Made by a program: the position numbers and the translations under genes. A DNA stretch of 64,000 bases from a virus. Each line of letters begins with the position of its first letter. Positions within the stretch are counted from its first letter, which is position 1. Where the stretch lies: the IMG/VR virus record IMGVR_UViG_3300027969_000045; one strand, given 5' to 3'. The notes beneath the pieces are model-generated. The model did not search any database, was not told the DNA's origin, and saw only the letters and a program-made list of their open reading frames with translations. Shown piece by piece: positions 45,289 to 55,206 of the stretch.

Positions 45289-46185
45289 ATGGCTAGAGCA
45301 AATACATATAGAGTAGATCCTCTTTATGTAAAGATGACTACCCCGAGAGATATGGGGGGATCTTCTTTGCCTTCAGTTCAAGAGATGTTTGGTAATGTAT
45401 CTCTTACAAGTCAATTTAAAGTTAATATGTTTCTAGGTGGATCAAATGGGGCACAGGATGGAAATTTATTAGAATATTTAAACAAATGTGGAATAACTAA
45501 TAATGTTTCAAAAACATTTACTTATGATTTTATGTGTGCGGAAGCAGTTCTTCCCGGAGCAACTTTTGACGTTGGAGAAGAAAGTGGAAGTCGTCAGGGC
45601 ATAATTGAGAGATTTCCAAATCGTAGAATATTTTCAGATTTCAATTTAACTTTTTATGTTGATAGTGAATATAATATTATTCGTTTATTTGAAGAATGGA
45701 TGAATTTTATAAATCCAATTTGCACAAAAGACGGAGAACAAATACCAAATCCTCGTGGACAAGTTGGGTATGAGCAAAGTGAAAATTATTATAGATTTAA
45801 ATATCCAGATCAATACAAAAGAATAATTTCAATCACCAAATTTGAAAGGGACTTTTTGTCAAATCCAAATAATCCAAAAAGTCCAACCGAGACACAAAAT
45901 CTTTTGACCTATCAATTTATTGATGCTTTTCCAACTAATATTACCGCACTTCCATTATCTTATGAAGGAAGCACAATAACTAAAACTACAATTAATTTTA
46001 GTTATACTAGATATACTGTAATAAAACATAAAGGAACACAGATAAATCCATATCCATCAAATCTAAACAATACAGACAAACCTAAACCAACAACAACTCC
46101 TGTTCAATATTATGGTCCTGCTTTTGGTAGTAATGAAGAGGCATATAAACAGGCGGCGATATATAGAGGAGAAACCAACCAATAA
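45289..46185 (+). CDS. Tail-tube initiator / gp54-like protein (gp19 fold)
   Basis: C.EA.LPG, LTFYVD, FEEWM.FI and AFP..I..LSY motifs. Confidence 0.75.
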   Translation: MARANTYRVDPLYVKMTTPRDMGGSSLPSVQEMFGNVSLTSQFKVNMFLGGSNGAQDGNLLEYLNKCGITNNVSKTFTYDFMCAEAVLPGATFDVGEESGSRQGIIERFPNRRIFSDFNLTFYVDSEYNIIRLFEEWMNFINPICTKDGEQIPNPRGQVGYEQSENYYRFKYPDQYKRIISITKFERDFLSNPNNPKSPTETQNLLTYQFIDAFPTNITALPLSYEGSTITKTTINFSYTRYTVIKHKGTQINPYPSNLNNTDKPKPTTTPVQYYGPAFGSNEEAYKQAAIYRGETNQ

Positions 46186-46214
46186 ATAATCACAACTGGA
46201 CTTAATCATTCAAA

Positions 46215-46940
46215 ATGCCTTTACCTAAAATTGCTACGCCACAATATACTCTTGATTTGCCATCAACAGGAAAAAGTATCAAATATCGCCCATTTTTAGT
46301 CAAAGAAGAAAAGATACTTATTCTTGCTCTTGAAAGCGAAGACGTAAAACAAATTACATCGGCAATCAAACAAATTTTAAAAGATTGTATCCTAACAAAG
46401 GGCATTAAAGTAGAAGAACTTCCTACTTTTGATATTGAATATATCTTCCTAAATGTTCGTGGAAAATCAGTTGGCGAAGCAATTGAACTGATTGTAACTT
46501 GTAGTGATGATGGAACTACCGAAGTTCCAGTTAAGATTTATATTGACGAAATTCAAGTTCAAAAAGATCCAGAACACTCTACTGATATTAATTTGGGTGA
46601 TGGATTGGTATTAAGAATGAAGTATCCATCTTTGAATGAATTTATCAAGAATAACTTTGATTTCAGTTCAAATGATGTTTCTTCTATTGAAAAGTCATTT
46701 GATATTGTTTCTTCTTGTATTGATATGGTCTTTAATGCCGATGAGTCCTGGGCGGCAGCAGATTGCACTAAAAAGGAACTTAATGATTGGATTGAGACTT
46801 TGACTCCACAACAGTTCCAAGAAGTAGAAAAGTTTTTCAATACGATGCCTAAACTTGCACACACTTTCAAAGTGACTAATCCAAATACAAAAAAAGAAAG
46901 TGAAGTTACGTTGGAGGGATTGACAAGTTTTTTCGGTTGA
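46215..46940 (+). CDS. gp26: Baseplate hub assembly protein (annotated gp26 in cyanophages)
   Basis: MPLPKI..P.Y.L.LPSTG..IKYRPFLVKEEKIL, DIEYIFL..RGKSVGE, MPKL and LEGL.SFF motifs. Confidence 0.9.
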   Translation: MPLPKIATPQYTLDLPSTGKSIKYRPFLVKEEKILILALESEDVKQITSAIKQILKDCILTKGIKVEELPTFDIEYIFLNVRGKSVGEAIELIVTCSDDGTTEVPVKIYIDEIQVQKDPEHSTDINLGDGLVLRMKYPSLNEFIKNNFDFSSNDVSSIEKSFDIVSSCIDMVFNADESWAAADCTKKELNDWIETLTPQQFQEVEKFFNTMPKLAHTFKVTNPNTKKESEVTLEGLTSFFG

Positions 46941-46942
46941 TA

Positions 46943-47119
46943 ATGGCTCATATGGATCTTGAGTCATACTTTAAAATCAATTTCTCTTTAATAACGCATT
47001 ATAAATATTCTTTGACCGAGATAGAAAATATGATGCCCTGGGAGCGGGACATCTACCTAGCATTATTAAATCAGTTTGTAGAAGAAGAAAACTTAAAGGC
47101 ACAACAAAATAATGGTTAG
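46943..47119 (+). CDS. gp51: Baseplate hub assembly catalyst (annotated gp51 in cyanophages)
   Basis: YSLTEIENMMPWERDIYLALL; lies in the -1 frame relative to gp26. Confidence 0.85.
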   Translation: MAHMDLESYFKINFSLITHYKYSLTEIENMMPWERDIYLALLNQFVEEENLKAQQNNG

Positions 47120-48797
47120 TTCTGTTCTCCAACCAGAAAAAATTATAGGAAAGCAAAAACCAACAAAGGAACAGGCACTTAGCTTTGTTTCTGGTGGTTC
47201 TTCTCTTGGTTCCTCGGTTCTTTCTAGTGCGAAGAATAAAATTGTAAATTTTGATAGAGCAAAAGTATCGGCAAAACCAAATAATTTGCAGGCATTAATT
47301 AGCAATCTTTCTTCAACTGTCTTTAATACTACAAACACAATTCAAAATATTTTTGGAAATAAAGAAACAAAGGAAAAGAAAAGTTCCAAATTCTTTGGTG
47401 GATTCTTTGATAAATTTAAAGAAGCACTTGCTTTTATCACTTTCTTTGGGGCAAAGAAGAATTTAGATAGAGTTAAAGAAAATATAGACAATTTAAAGAC
47501 TACTTTTACCGAAACTTTTGATGTTGCAAAGGCATTAAGAAAAGCAATACTTAAAATTATAGAGCAAATCTCTGGACTTTCTGGTGGCGGAGGTGGTGGA
47601 GGAATAATTGGTGCTATAATGTCTGCACTTGGTGGATTGGCTGCTGGATTGGTTCCTGGAATGAAAGGAAGGCGACCACCAAATATTGCTGGTCCTGCGA
47701 TGAAGCAAGAAGGGAATTTATTATCAAAAATACCAAAAGGACTGAAAGGTGGTGGGGGTGGAATAGGAAAATTACTTTTAGGTGGTACTGCTGCTCTTGG
47801 AGTTGGATCTGTCGTAAATGGACTTTCACAACCTGGAGGCGAAGATGTCCAACCAGGAAATACTACACCAGAAGTTCCAGGAAATGTTTTAGATAAATTC
47901 AATTCCATTTTAGATAGATTTGATAAAATACTTGATGGGATGAAAGGAAAACCCGGAAAATCTTCTGGTGGAAGTTCTAGTTCCGGTTCTAGTTCAAAAC
48001 CTGCTAGTCCTGGTTCTAATGTTGGTCCTAGTCCTGGTGGTGCTCCTACTGGAATTACGATAAAAGACGATAAACAAGGTCTTTCCGAATTGGGCGTAAC
48101 ACAAGAACAATTTAATGCATATAAACAAGGAATTGCAGATGTAGAAGGAGCAAGATATAATCAAATGGGTGGTGCTGGGGGTAGATTTGCTGGAAGATAT
48201 CAAATGGGAAGTGGAGAAATTGCATCTGCTTCTTCTGTGATGGGAATTCCAACTCCATCACAGCAGGAATATCTATCTAATCCAGAATTACAAGAAAAAA
48301 TTTATATGGGAAGAACCATATTAATGAATAGAAGAATGATGCAATTATCCCCAGAATATAAAGGTATGTCCGCAACGGAAAGGTTATCAAATCTTGCTGG
48401 GGCGCAACTTGGAGAGGGTAGTCTTACTGATTTTCTTAAAGGCAAATCAATAAAAGATTCCAATAATGTAGAAATACAAAGATGGATTAATTCTGCAAAA
48501 AGGAGAATGGGACAAGTCGCAGCAGGAAACCCCATTCCACAAGCACCAACAAAACCAGGACAACAAGCACCACAAGCACCGTCAGCATCAAAATCAGGAC
48601 CACAACCAATACAAGTCATTCCATTCCAACAACCATCGCCACAAGTTCAACCAGCATCATCTGGGGGTGGTGGTAAAATATCTGCACCACCATCACCACA
48701 ACAAAATGGACCAACTGCCCCATTTTACCCATCATCAAACTATGATAATTTTTTAACATTGTATTCAAGAATGGTTTATAATATTGTGGATGGATAA
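47112..48797 (+). CDS. Tape-measure-like/baseplate protein with a lysozyme-like domain
   Basis: Helical, Gly-rich N-terminal half; IADVEG.RYN...AGRYQ lysozyme-like motif; Pro/Gln-rich tail. Confidence 0.6.
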   Translation: MVSSVLQPEKIIGKQKPTKEQALSFVSGGSSLGSSVLSSAKNKIVNFDRAKVSAKPNNLQALISNLSSTVFNTTNTIQNIFGNKETKEKKSSKFFGGFFDKFKEALAFITFFGAKKNLDRVKENIDNLKTTFTETFDVAKALRKAILKIIEQISGLSGGGGGGGIIGAIMSALGGLAAGLVPGMKGRRPPNIAGPAMKQEGNLLSKIPKGLKGGGGGIGKLLLGGTAALGVGSVVNGLSQPGGEDVQPGNTTPEVPGNVLDKFNSILDRFDKILDGMKGKPGKSSGGSSSSGSSSKPASPGSNVGPSPGGAPTGITIKDDKQGLSELGVTQEQFNAYKQGIADVEGARYNQMGGAGGRFAGRYQMGSGEIASASSVMGIPTPSQQEYLSNPELQEKIYMGRTILMNRRMMQLSPEYKGMSATERLSNLAGAQLGEGSLTDFLKGKSIKDSNNVEIQRWINSAKRRMGQVAAGNPIPQAPTKPGQQAPQAPSASKSGPQPIQVIPFQQPSPQVQPASSGGGGKISAPPSPQQNGPTAPFYPSSNYDNFLTLYSRMVYNIVDG

Positions 48798-50743
48798 TGG
48801 AAAATAAACTTTTTTCTCCCCTATTAACTGCTGCGAATAATATTGTAAAAACTAGACGCCCATTAACAAAAAGGGCGAAAGAATATGATGCCTTTATTAA
48901 TTGGTTAGATACAAGCAATAAAGATGTCAAAAAAATAAAATTACCAAAAGTCAAAAAAGTAGAAGACCTTGAATTTTCTATTGGGATGGATGGTGGTGGA
49001 GGAAATGGCGGATTATTTGGTTCTCTTCTTTCTGCACTTGGAGTTGGTGCCGCCGGAGGATTTGGATTAAGATCTTTAATTAAAAAATTTGGTAAAGGAA
49101 AACCAGCAATAACAGCAACAAAAGGAAGTAAAAATATTTTTTTGGGAATATCTAAAATAGGACAAAAAACTAAACCAACAGGAGTTAAGGCAGCAAATAA
49201 TATTGTCAATTTTAATAGACAACCAAGCAAAATTGAAGATGTTGGTTCCGCAAAAGCACCAAAAGGAAAAATTGGAAAAATAGGAAGAATTGGTGGCGGA
49301 TTATTGTCCGTTGGATTGACTGCTGCCGACTTTATGGGAAGAAAAGGCGAAGGGCAATCAAACCTTCAAGCAGGAGTTGGGGCGGGCGGTGGTCTTGCTG
49401 GTGGTCTTGCTGGTGCTTGGGCTGGTGGGCAAGCGGGGGCAGCAGTAGGTGCAGGTATAGGCGCTTTGTTTGGTGGTGTTGGTGCAGCTCCTGGTGCAGT
49501 AATTGGTGGAATTATTGGTTCTCTTGCTGGTGGATTTGGTGGAGGACAACTTGGTGGAAATTTAGCAGATAAACTGACTGGTGCTGATAAGATGGACCAG
49601 AGACTGAAAGCACAAGAAAAAATACAAAGAGAAGCAGCATCTGCAAGTAATGTTACGTTTGTAAGTATTACTGATAAGTTTGATAAAGTTGTAAGTAAGT
49701 TTGAAAAGATAAAGTTTGGAATGTCTGGTGTTCAAAATAAAAATGGTTCTAGCAAAGAAATAGAAGACTCCGATTCTATGGAACCCACAGATTCAATTGA
49801 TACTGGAAATAAACCAGAACCAACTGGGTTGCAACTTGAAGATGTTGAATCATCTGGAGGGGAAGTTCCTGGGGCTCCAGATTCAAGTTTTAGATCGGCA
49901 CATCGTCCGGGACATAATGGTAATGATTATTTTAAAAATGCCGGAACACCAATTAGTTTAATTCAAGAAGGAACAGTTACTGTTGCAGATATGAATTATA
50001 ATCCTGGTGGATGGGGGGCTGTAGTTGAAGTTAGACATAAAGATGGTTCTTTGAGTAGATACGCGCACTTAAGTAAAATTTCTGTTTCTGTTGGATCTAA
50101 AATTTCCCCAGGGCAAGTTATTGGTTATTCTGGTGGAGCACCAGGAGCACCTGGTGCCGGAAATTCAGAAGGAGAACATTTGCACTTTGAATATCTTCCT
50201 GCTGGTTCTGGTCCGGTTGACCCAACAGAAGCAGCCAAAAGAATTTTTAGATTTGGTGGTAATGTAAAAGTAAAGGCAAAAAAAGCAGAAAAGCAAAGAT
50301 CACAAGGAATGGCAGATATAAGAGGAAGCACCCCAGACACAAAGCAACAAACAATTGAAGATTTTGCAAAACAAACTATGGGCAAAGAAAGAGCAGATAG
50401 AGCACTCAAAGATCCCAAACTACCAGAATTCAAACAACTACAAAAAAATTATAATGTTTATATCAAAGGTCTTAGGGAAAGAAGACAAGCACAAATAGCG
50501 CCAGGACAAATACCACAAGTTCCAGAAGCAATTACAACACCATTACAAGAACAAACACCTGGATCGGCAATATTGCTTGGACAACCATCAGTAGCACCAG
50601 CAGGACAATCATCTATAGTTCCAGTTCCCATTCCAATGGGAGGAGGTGGTGGTGGCGGAGTTGCTGTTGTATCAATTCCCGAAGGACAGATATTAAATAG
50701 TCTATGGAAGACTATGCTTCTTACTAACCTCTCTTCAGCATAA
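48797..50743 (+). CDS. Tape-measure-like tail protein with an M23 peptidase domain
   Basis: Gly/Ala-rich segment; HNGND, YAHL, GQVIG and HLHFE M23 motifs. Confidence 0.75.
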   Translation: MENKLFSPLLTAANNIVKTRRPLTKRAKEYDAFINWLDTSNKDVKKIKLPKVKKVEDLEFSIGMDGGGGNGGLFGSLLSALGVGAAGGFGLRSLIKKFGKGKPAITATKGSKNIFLGISKIGQKTKPTGVKAANNIVNFNRQPSKIEDVGSAKAPKGKIGKIGRIGGGLLSVGLTAADFMGRKGEGQSNLQAGVGAGGGLAGGLAGAWAGGQAGAAVGAGIGALFGGVGAAPGAVIGGIIGSLAGGFGGGQLGGNLADKLTGADKMDQRLKAQEKIQREAASASNVTFVSITDKFDKVVSKFEKIKFGMSGVQNKNGSSKEIEDSDSMEPTDSIDTGNKPEPTGLQLEDVESSGGEVPGAPDSSFRSAHRPGHNGNDYFKNAGTPISLIQEGTVTVADMNYNPGGWGAVVEVRHKDGSLSRYAHLSKISVSVGSKISPGQVIGYSGGAPGAPGAGNSEGEHLHFEYLPAGSGPVDPTEAAKRIFRFGGNVKVKAKKAEKQRSQGMADIRGSTPDTKQQTIEDFAKQTMGKERADRALKDPKLPEFKQLQKNYNVYIKGLRERRQAQIAPGQIPQVPEAITTPLQEQTPGSAILLGQPSVAPAGQSSIVPVPIPMGGGGGGGVAVVSIPEGQILNSLWKTMLLTNLSSA

Positions 50744-52062
50744 TGTCAAACGCAATATCAGGATTAAGACTTCAATCAGTAGTCATTGCACCAAATATAG
50801 ATGGAATAAAACCTATTGACTTAACAAATTCAATTCTTGAAATGAATTATTATGAGGATATTTTATCTCCTTGTATTACTATGACAATTGACATATTAAA
50901 TGCCAATTCTATTTTTAATGGAATTCAAATTCGTGGAGGAGAAAGAGTTGCAATAGAAGTTGAAACTGCCTCTGGACCATTTGTTTTAAATGGGGAAAAA
51001 GTATTATATGTGAATAAAGTAAGTAATCTTAACGCAGAAGGAACAAATGAAAAATTTACATTACATCTTGTTTCAAGAGAAGCACTATCCAATGAAACTT
51101 CAAGATGTATGAAAAAGTATCAAAAACAAACAATAGATAATCACGTAAAAGATATTTTAAAAAATACTCTAGTTACAAATAAAATAGGAATTATTGAACC
51201 AACTTCAAATTCTTATACTTTTATTGGAAATAATAAAAAACCATTTCATACTTTAATTTGGTTAGGTCCAAAATCAGTCTCACAAAGTACAAAAGTATCT
51301 AATACTTCTGGAAATGGACAAAGTGGGCAGGCAAAGGGAACTGCTGGATTTTTATTTTATGAAAACTATGATGGATTTAATTTTCGTAGTATTGATAATT
51401 TAGTTGCAAATACTCAATTAGGAACTGGAAATAAAAAAGCAAAATATACTTACCATCAACCCCAGAAAGTAATAGAACACAATAACTCAAAAAATAATTT
51501 TAATATGTTAAATTATAATTATGAAAAAAATATTGATACTCTAAAAGCGTTGAGAGTGGGAATGTATAAAAATATAACTTATTTCTATGATACGTATGAA
51601 CAATCAGTTCATACGTATACGTATACATTAAAAGAAGAAATGAAGAAATCCACAAAGTTGGGTGGGCAGGAAAATATTCCAATACCAAAAGGTTTTGAGG
51701 AAAGTATTTCTCGTATTGTAAGTAGAACATCAGATCACGGAATATTGAGTAACACCTTACAAATTGAAGATAGCGGAAGAGATAATGCAGATGTAGCTAA
51801 ATCATATTCCAGATATAATTTATTATTTTCACAGGCAGTAAATATAAATATACCTATGAATTTAAATCTTAAAGCAGGTGATATAATTGAAGCAATCTTT
51901 CCAAGAATAGAAGAAGCAACTAGTGGAGAAGCAGATCCAGAACAAAGTGGAAATTATTTAATTAAAGAACTTTGTCATCACTTTGATCCTCGTGGTGGGC
52001 ATATGCTTACAAGTGCAAAATTAATTCGTGATAGTTATGGTCTCTATGGTCCAAACCAATAA
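50743..52062 (+). CDS. Baseplate hub protein (gp27-like)
   Basis: YYEDILSP, GGERV, FYE..DGFNFRSID and SGNYLI..LCH motifs; upstream of gp5. Confidence 0.7.
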   Translation: MSNAISGLRLQSVVIAPNIDGIKPIDLTNSILEMNYYEDILSPCITMTIDILNANSIFNGIQIRGGERVAIEVETASGPFVLNGEKVLYVNKVSNLNAEGTNEKFTLHLVSREALSNETSRCMKKYQKQTIDNHVKDILKNTLVTNKIGIIEPTSNSYTFIGNNKKPFHTLIWLGPKSVSQSTKVSNTSGNGQSGQAKGTAGFLFYENYDGFNFRSIDNLVANTQLGTGNKKAKYTYHQPQKVIEHNNSKNNFNMLNYNYEKNIDTLKALRVGMYKNITYFYDTYEQSVHTYTYTLKEEMKKSTKLGGQENIPIPKGFEESISRIVSRTSDHGILSNTLQIEDSGRDNADVAKSYSRYNLLFSQAVNINIPMNLNLKAGDIIEAIFPRIEEATSGEADPEQSGNYLIKELCHHFDPRGGHMLTSAKLIRDSYGLYGPNQ

Positions 52063-52070
52063 ATACTAAA

Positions 52071-52280
52071 ATGGAACTACAAGAACTTATCATCAAAATA
52101 TGTGAAGAATTAGAAACTTCTTCACTTAATGAACAGAGAAAAAGATACCTTCAATCATATCTAGAAGAACTTTTTTCTTATAAAAGAAATCATCCAACAG
52201 CAACAGAAGTTCCAAATTCATTCCAATTATTTTGTGATCTAAACCCAGAAGCACTAGAATGTAGAAAATACGAATTATGA
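52071..52280 (+). CDS. cp12: CP12 Calvin-cycle inhibitor (cyanophage type)
   Basis: C-terminal FCDLNPEALECRKYE CP12 motif. Confidence 0.85.
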   Translation: MELQELIIKICEELETSSLNEQRKRYLQSYLEELFSYKRNHPTATEVPNSFQLFCDLNPEALECRKYEL

Positions 52281-54601
52281 TTGAAGAAAGTTTATTGAAA
52301 TCCGGCATTCTTGGTAAAGACGGATTTGTTTGGTGGATTGGTAGAGTTGCACATTCTAAATTTTGGAAAAATGAAAATGATGCTTTTTCTAAATCTGGAA
52401 TAAAGGGGGGAAGATGCAAAGTTAGAATTATTGGATATCATCCATTTGATGCAACTTTGCCAGAAAAAGATTTGCCTTGGGCAAGTGTTATGATTGATGC
52501 CTTTACTGGAAGTGGTCAAGGCGGATTGGGGCAAACTTTGAATTTGGTGGGCGGAGAAACTTGTATTGGTTTTTTTCTTGATGGTGAAGAAGCACAACAA
52601 CCAGTTGTGATGGGATTATTGCATAGAAGTTCTAATGTTAAAGATAGTATAACAGAAAATGACATAATTGAATCTGGAAGTTCTCAATTTAAAACATTTA
52701 CTGGATTTCCTGGAAATGTATCTGGAGGAACTAAAAGAGCACCTATCAATACAAATCCTATTGCACCAGGAGGAACTCCTGGCGGAGCTAATGGAGGAAA
52801 ACCAATTAATGCTTGCGATGCTCAATATAAGGGATCATTAGCAGCTCAAGGAGCAGAAAAAAGATTTACTAGAACCATAGTAAAACCAAGCAATTGTGGA
52901 AACGATTTTATAGGTCAAATTACAAGAGCTTTACAAGATTTTATTGGTATGATAAGTATTCTTGATAGTGCTTTTGATCAATTTGTTGATCCACTTTTGA
53001 ATGAAATTGTTGATATTACAAATAGCATTCGTAATATTGCTGGTCAAATTGCAGGATTCATAAAAGGAATTATCAATAACATAAGAAGCGGAATTCTCAA
53101 ATGTATTATATCTTTATTTAAAAAATTTCTTGGTTTGAATAAAAAAACAAATCCAACTCATCCAATTACAAATCCAGCAGCAGAATTTGCAGCAAAAAAT
53201 ATTTTTGAAAAAATTTATTGTATTTTTGAATCTTTATTTGATGAGATTATAGATTTTATTGTTAATATGCTCACTAATCTTGTTGGGCAGGTTATAAATG
53301 GTCCATTGTGTGCGGTAGAACAATTTGTATCCGGCATTCTTGCTAAATTGATGGATATGATAGAACAAGCACTTCAACCCATTTTGTCGGGAATTAGTTG
53401 GCTAACTGGCGGAATGTCAAATATTAGAAGTGTTCTTTCGCAAGTAAGCACATTAGCATCACAAATCTATAATCTTATTGGTGATTGTGGTGGGTTGAAA
53501 TGTAAGCAACCAAGTCAATGGGTTTCTTCAACTGCTGCTGCTCTAGCAGTAGCATCAGATGATTGGAAAAAACAACTTAAAAATATTAATGTTTTGCAAG
53601 ATGTAAGCAAAGATTTAACTAAAATTAATGATGCCCTGAATACCAATGTTGTATTGAAAGATATTGTTGGAAAAGTTGAATCTTCTCCTGGAGTATTTTC
53701 TGTTGATTATATGACCGAAAATGGAAATGTGGTTACTAGACAAGAAGATGGAAATGGAAATGTACTTTTTGAAAATACTGGAGGATACACAAATACTAAT
53801 CAACTTCAAGGAATATTAAAAACAACAAAGGCTTTGGGTGGGGATTTGACTACTATCGAAGCTGCAATTGGAACTATTTCACTTTTTGGAAATGGAAATA
53901 GTGCATTTGATGCTTGCAATCAACTTACTACAAATCCACAAACACAATATGATTTATCTCCAGTTCCACTTGGATATAAATTTGCATATTGTATTCCACC
54001 AATTGCAGAAGTTCTTGGGGATGGTGTTGGCGCAAAACTTATTCCTATTGTAACTGATGGGCGAGTATTCTCTGTAGAAGTCATAAATGGTGGATATGGT
54101 TATGCTTCTCCATTGTCAATTGCAATTATAGACAATAGTGGACACGGATCTGGTGCTAGAGCAACTGCAATTGTGGAAAATGGTATAATTACTGGTGCAA
54201 TTGTTTTGAGAACAGGGTATGGTTATTGTGGTGGAAATTATAATAATATTGGTGATAATCAATCAACTACTGGCGTTTCTTCTTCTGTGGTTGGTATAGT
54301 AACTTCAATTTATGTTGAAACTCCAGGAATAGGATATACTTCCGGTGATACTATTAGTATTGGATCTACGACTGCTACTCCACTTATAACTCAAAATGGT
54401 TCAATTGTTAAAGTAAATCTTCCAACAAATTACAATGAAACTTTCAATACCATTCCAACAATCATAATAAATACAACAACAGGTGTTGGAGCAAAAGTGA
54501 TTCCAGTAATGAAATTTACTCCTCAAGGGACATTTGTAAATGAAAATGCAACAACTAATATAAATCAAAAACAAGTTATTAACGTGGTGGATTGTATATG
54601 A
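52277..54601 (+). CDS. gp5: Baseplate central spike gp5, N-terminal OB-fold protein
   Basis: FVWWIG.V, R.KVRIIGYH, LPWA and GFFLDG.EAQQPVVMG motifs. Confidence 0.85.
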   Translation: MIEESLLKSGILGKDGFVWWIGRVAHSKFWKNENDAFSKSGIKGGRCKVRIIGYHPFDATLPEKDLPWASVMIDAFTGSGQGGLGQTLNLVGGETCIGFFLDGEEAQQPVVMGLLHRSSNVKDSITENDIIESGSSQFKTFTGFPGNVSGGTKRAPINTNPIAPGGTPGGANGGKPINACDAQYKGSLAAQGAEKRFTRTIVKPSNCGNDFIGQITRALQDFIGMISILDSAFDQFVDPLLNEIVDITNSIRNIAGQIAGFIKGIINNIRSGILKCIISLFKKFLGLNKKTNPTHPITNPAAEFAAKNIFEKIYCIFESLFDEIIDFIVNMLTNLVGQVINGPLCAVEQFVSGILAKLMDMIEQALQPILSGISWLTGGMSNIRSVLSQVSTLASQIYNLIGDCGGLKCKQPSQWVSSTAAALAVASDDWKKQLKNINVLQDVSKDLTKINDALNTNVVLKDIVGKVESSPGVFSVDYMTENGNVVTRQEDGNGNVLFENTGGYTNTNQLQGILKTTKALGGDLTTIEAAIGTISLFGNGNSAFDACNQLTTNPQTQYDLSPVPLGYKFAYCIPPIAEVLGDGVGAKLIPIVTDGRVFSVEVINGGYGYASPLSIAIIDNSGHGSGARATAIVENGIITGAIVLRTGYGYCGGNYNNIGDNQSTTGVSSSVVGIVTSIYVETPGIGYTSGDTISIGSTTATPLITQNGSIVKVNLPTNYNETFNTIPTIIINTTTGVGAKVIPVMKFTPQGTFVNENATTNINQKQVINVVDCI

Positions 54602-55206
54602 GCTTAACTCCCGAAGAAGAAAAGCAGTTAAAAGAATTATTGAATAATCCTTTGGATTTTTATAGAAGGTCTTTTCCTGGATTTGAATTTAGTAGTGGAC
54701 ACGAAACTTTAGGTCACGGAAATGCTGAATTTTGCTTAACCACTGATAGTGGGCAAATTATTCATTTTTACGAACAAGGAAACTGTAAAATTGGTTCAAA
54801 TTCTACTTTTGAGATTTATGGTGCAACCAAAAAAGGAACCGAAAAAGATGTTGGAATTTTAATTCACGCGGATAATGGTTATGTGCATATTACAGCACCA
54901 AATGGCGATTTAGTATTAGAGGGAAAAAGTGTACTTATAAAAGCAAATGATGGAAAGGGGGATGTGACTATTAAATCTGCACATACTGTTCAATTTGAAG
55001 CTCCCAATGTAACTACTAATACGGACAATCATCAAGTAAATGCAACACTTACTAATCAAACAATTGCCGGAAGTGTCACTTCAGTTGGGGAAATTTCATC
55101 CAGCAATACTAATGGAGTTGATGCATTAGTGAATGATAGTTTAGTCAGTAAAATAATTCATATCATGGAAAAAGTTAAATTATTCTTCAAATCTATTTGT
55201 GCATAA
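54598..55206 (+). CDS. gp5 C-terminal-like beta-helix spike protein
   Basis: Short beta repeats (HADNG.V.I.APNGD.VLEGK.V.I.A); follows gp5. Confidence 0.6.
   Translation: MSLTPEEEKQLKELLNNPLDFYRRSFPGFEFSSGHETLGHGNAEFCLTTDSGQIIHFYEQGNCKIGSNSTFEIYGATKKGTEKDVGILIHADNGYVHITAPNGDLVLEGKSVLIKANDGKGDVTIKSAHTVQFEAPNVTTNTDNHQVNATLTNQTIAGSVTSVGEISSSNTNGVDALVNDSLVSKIIHIMEKVKLFFKSICA

Noticed and set aside
47342-50433. Long Pro-rich antisense ORFs
   Set aside because: Mirror of Gly-rich sense-strand codons
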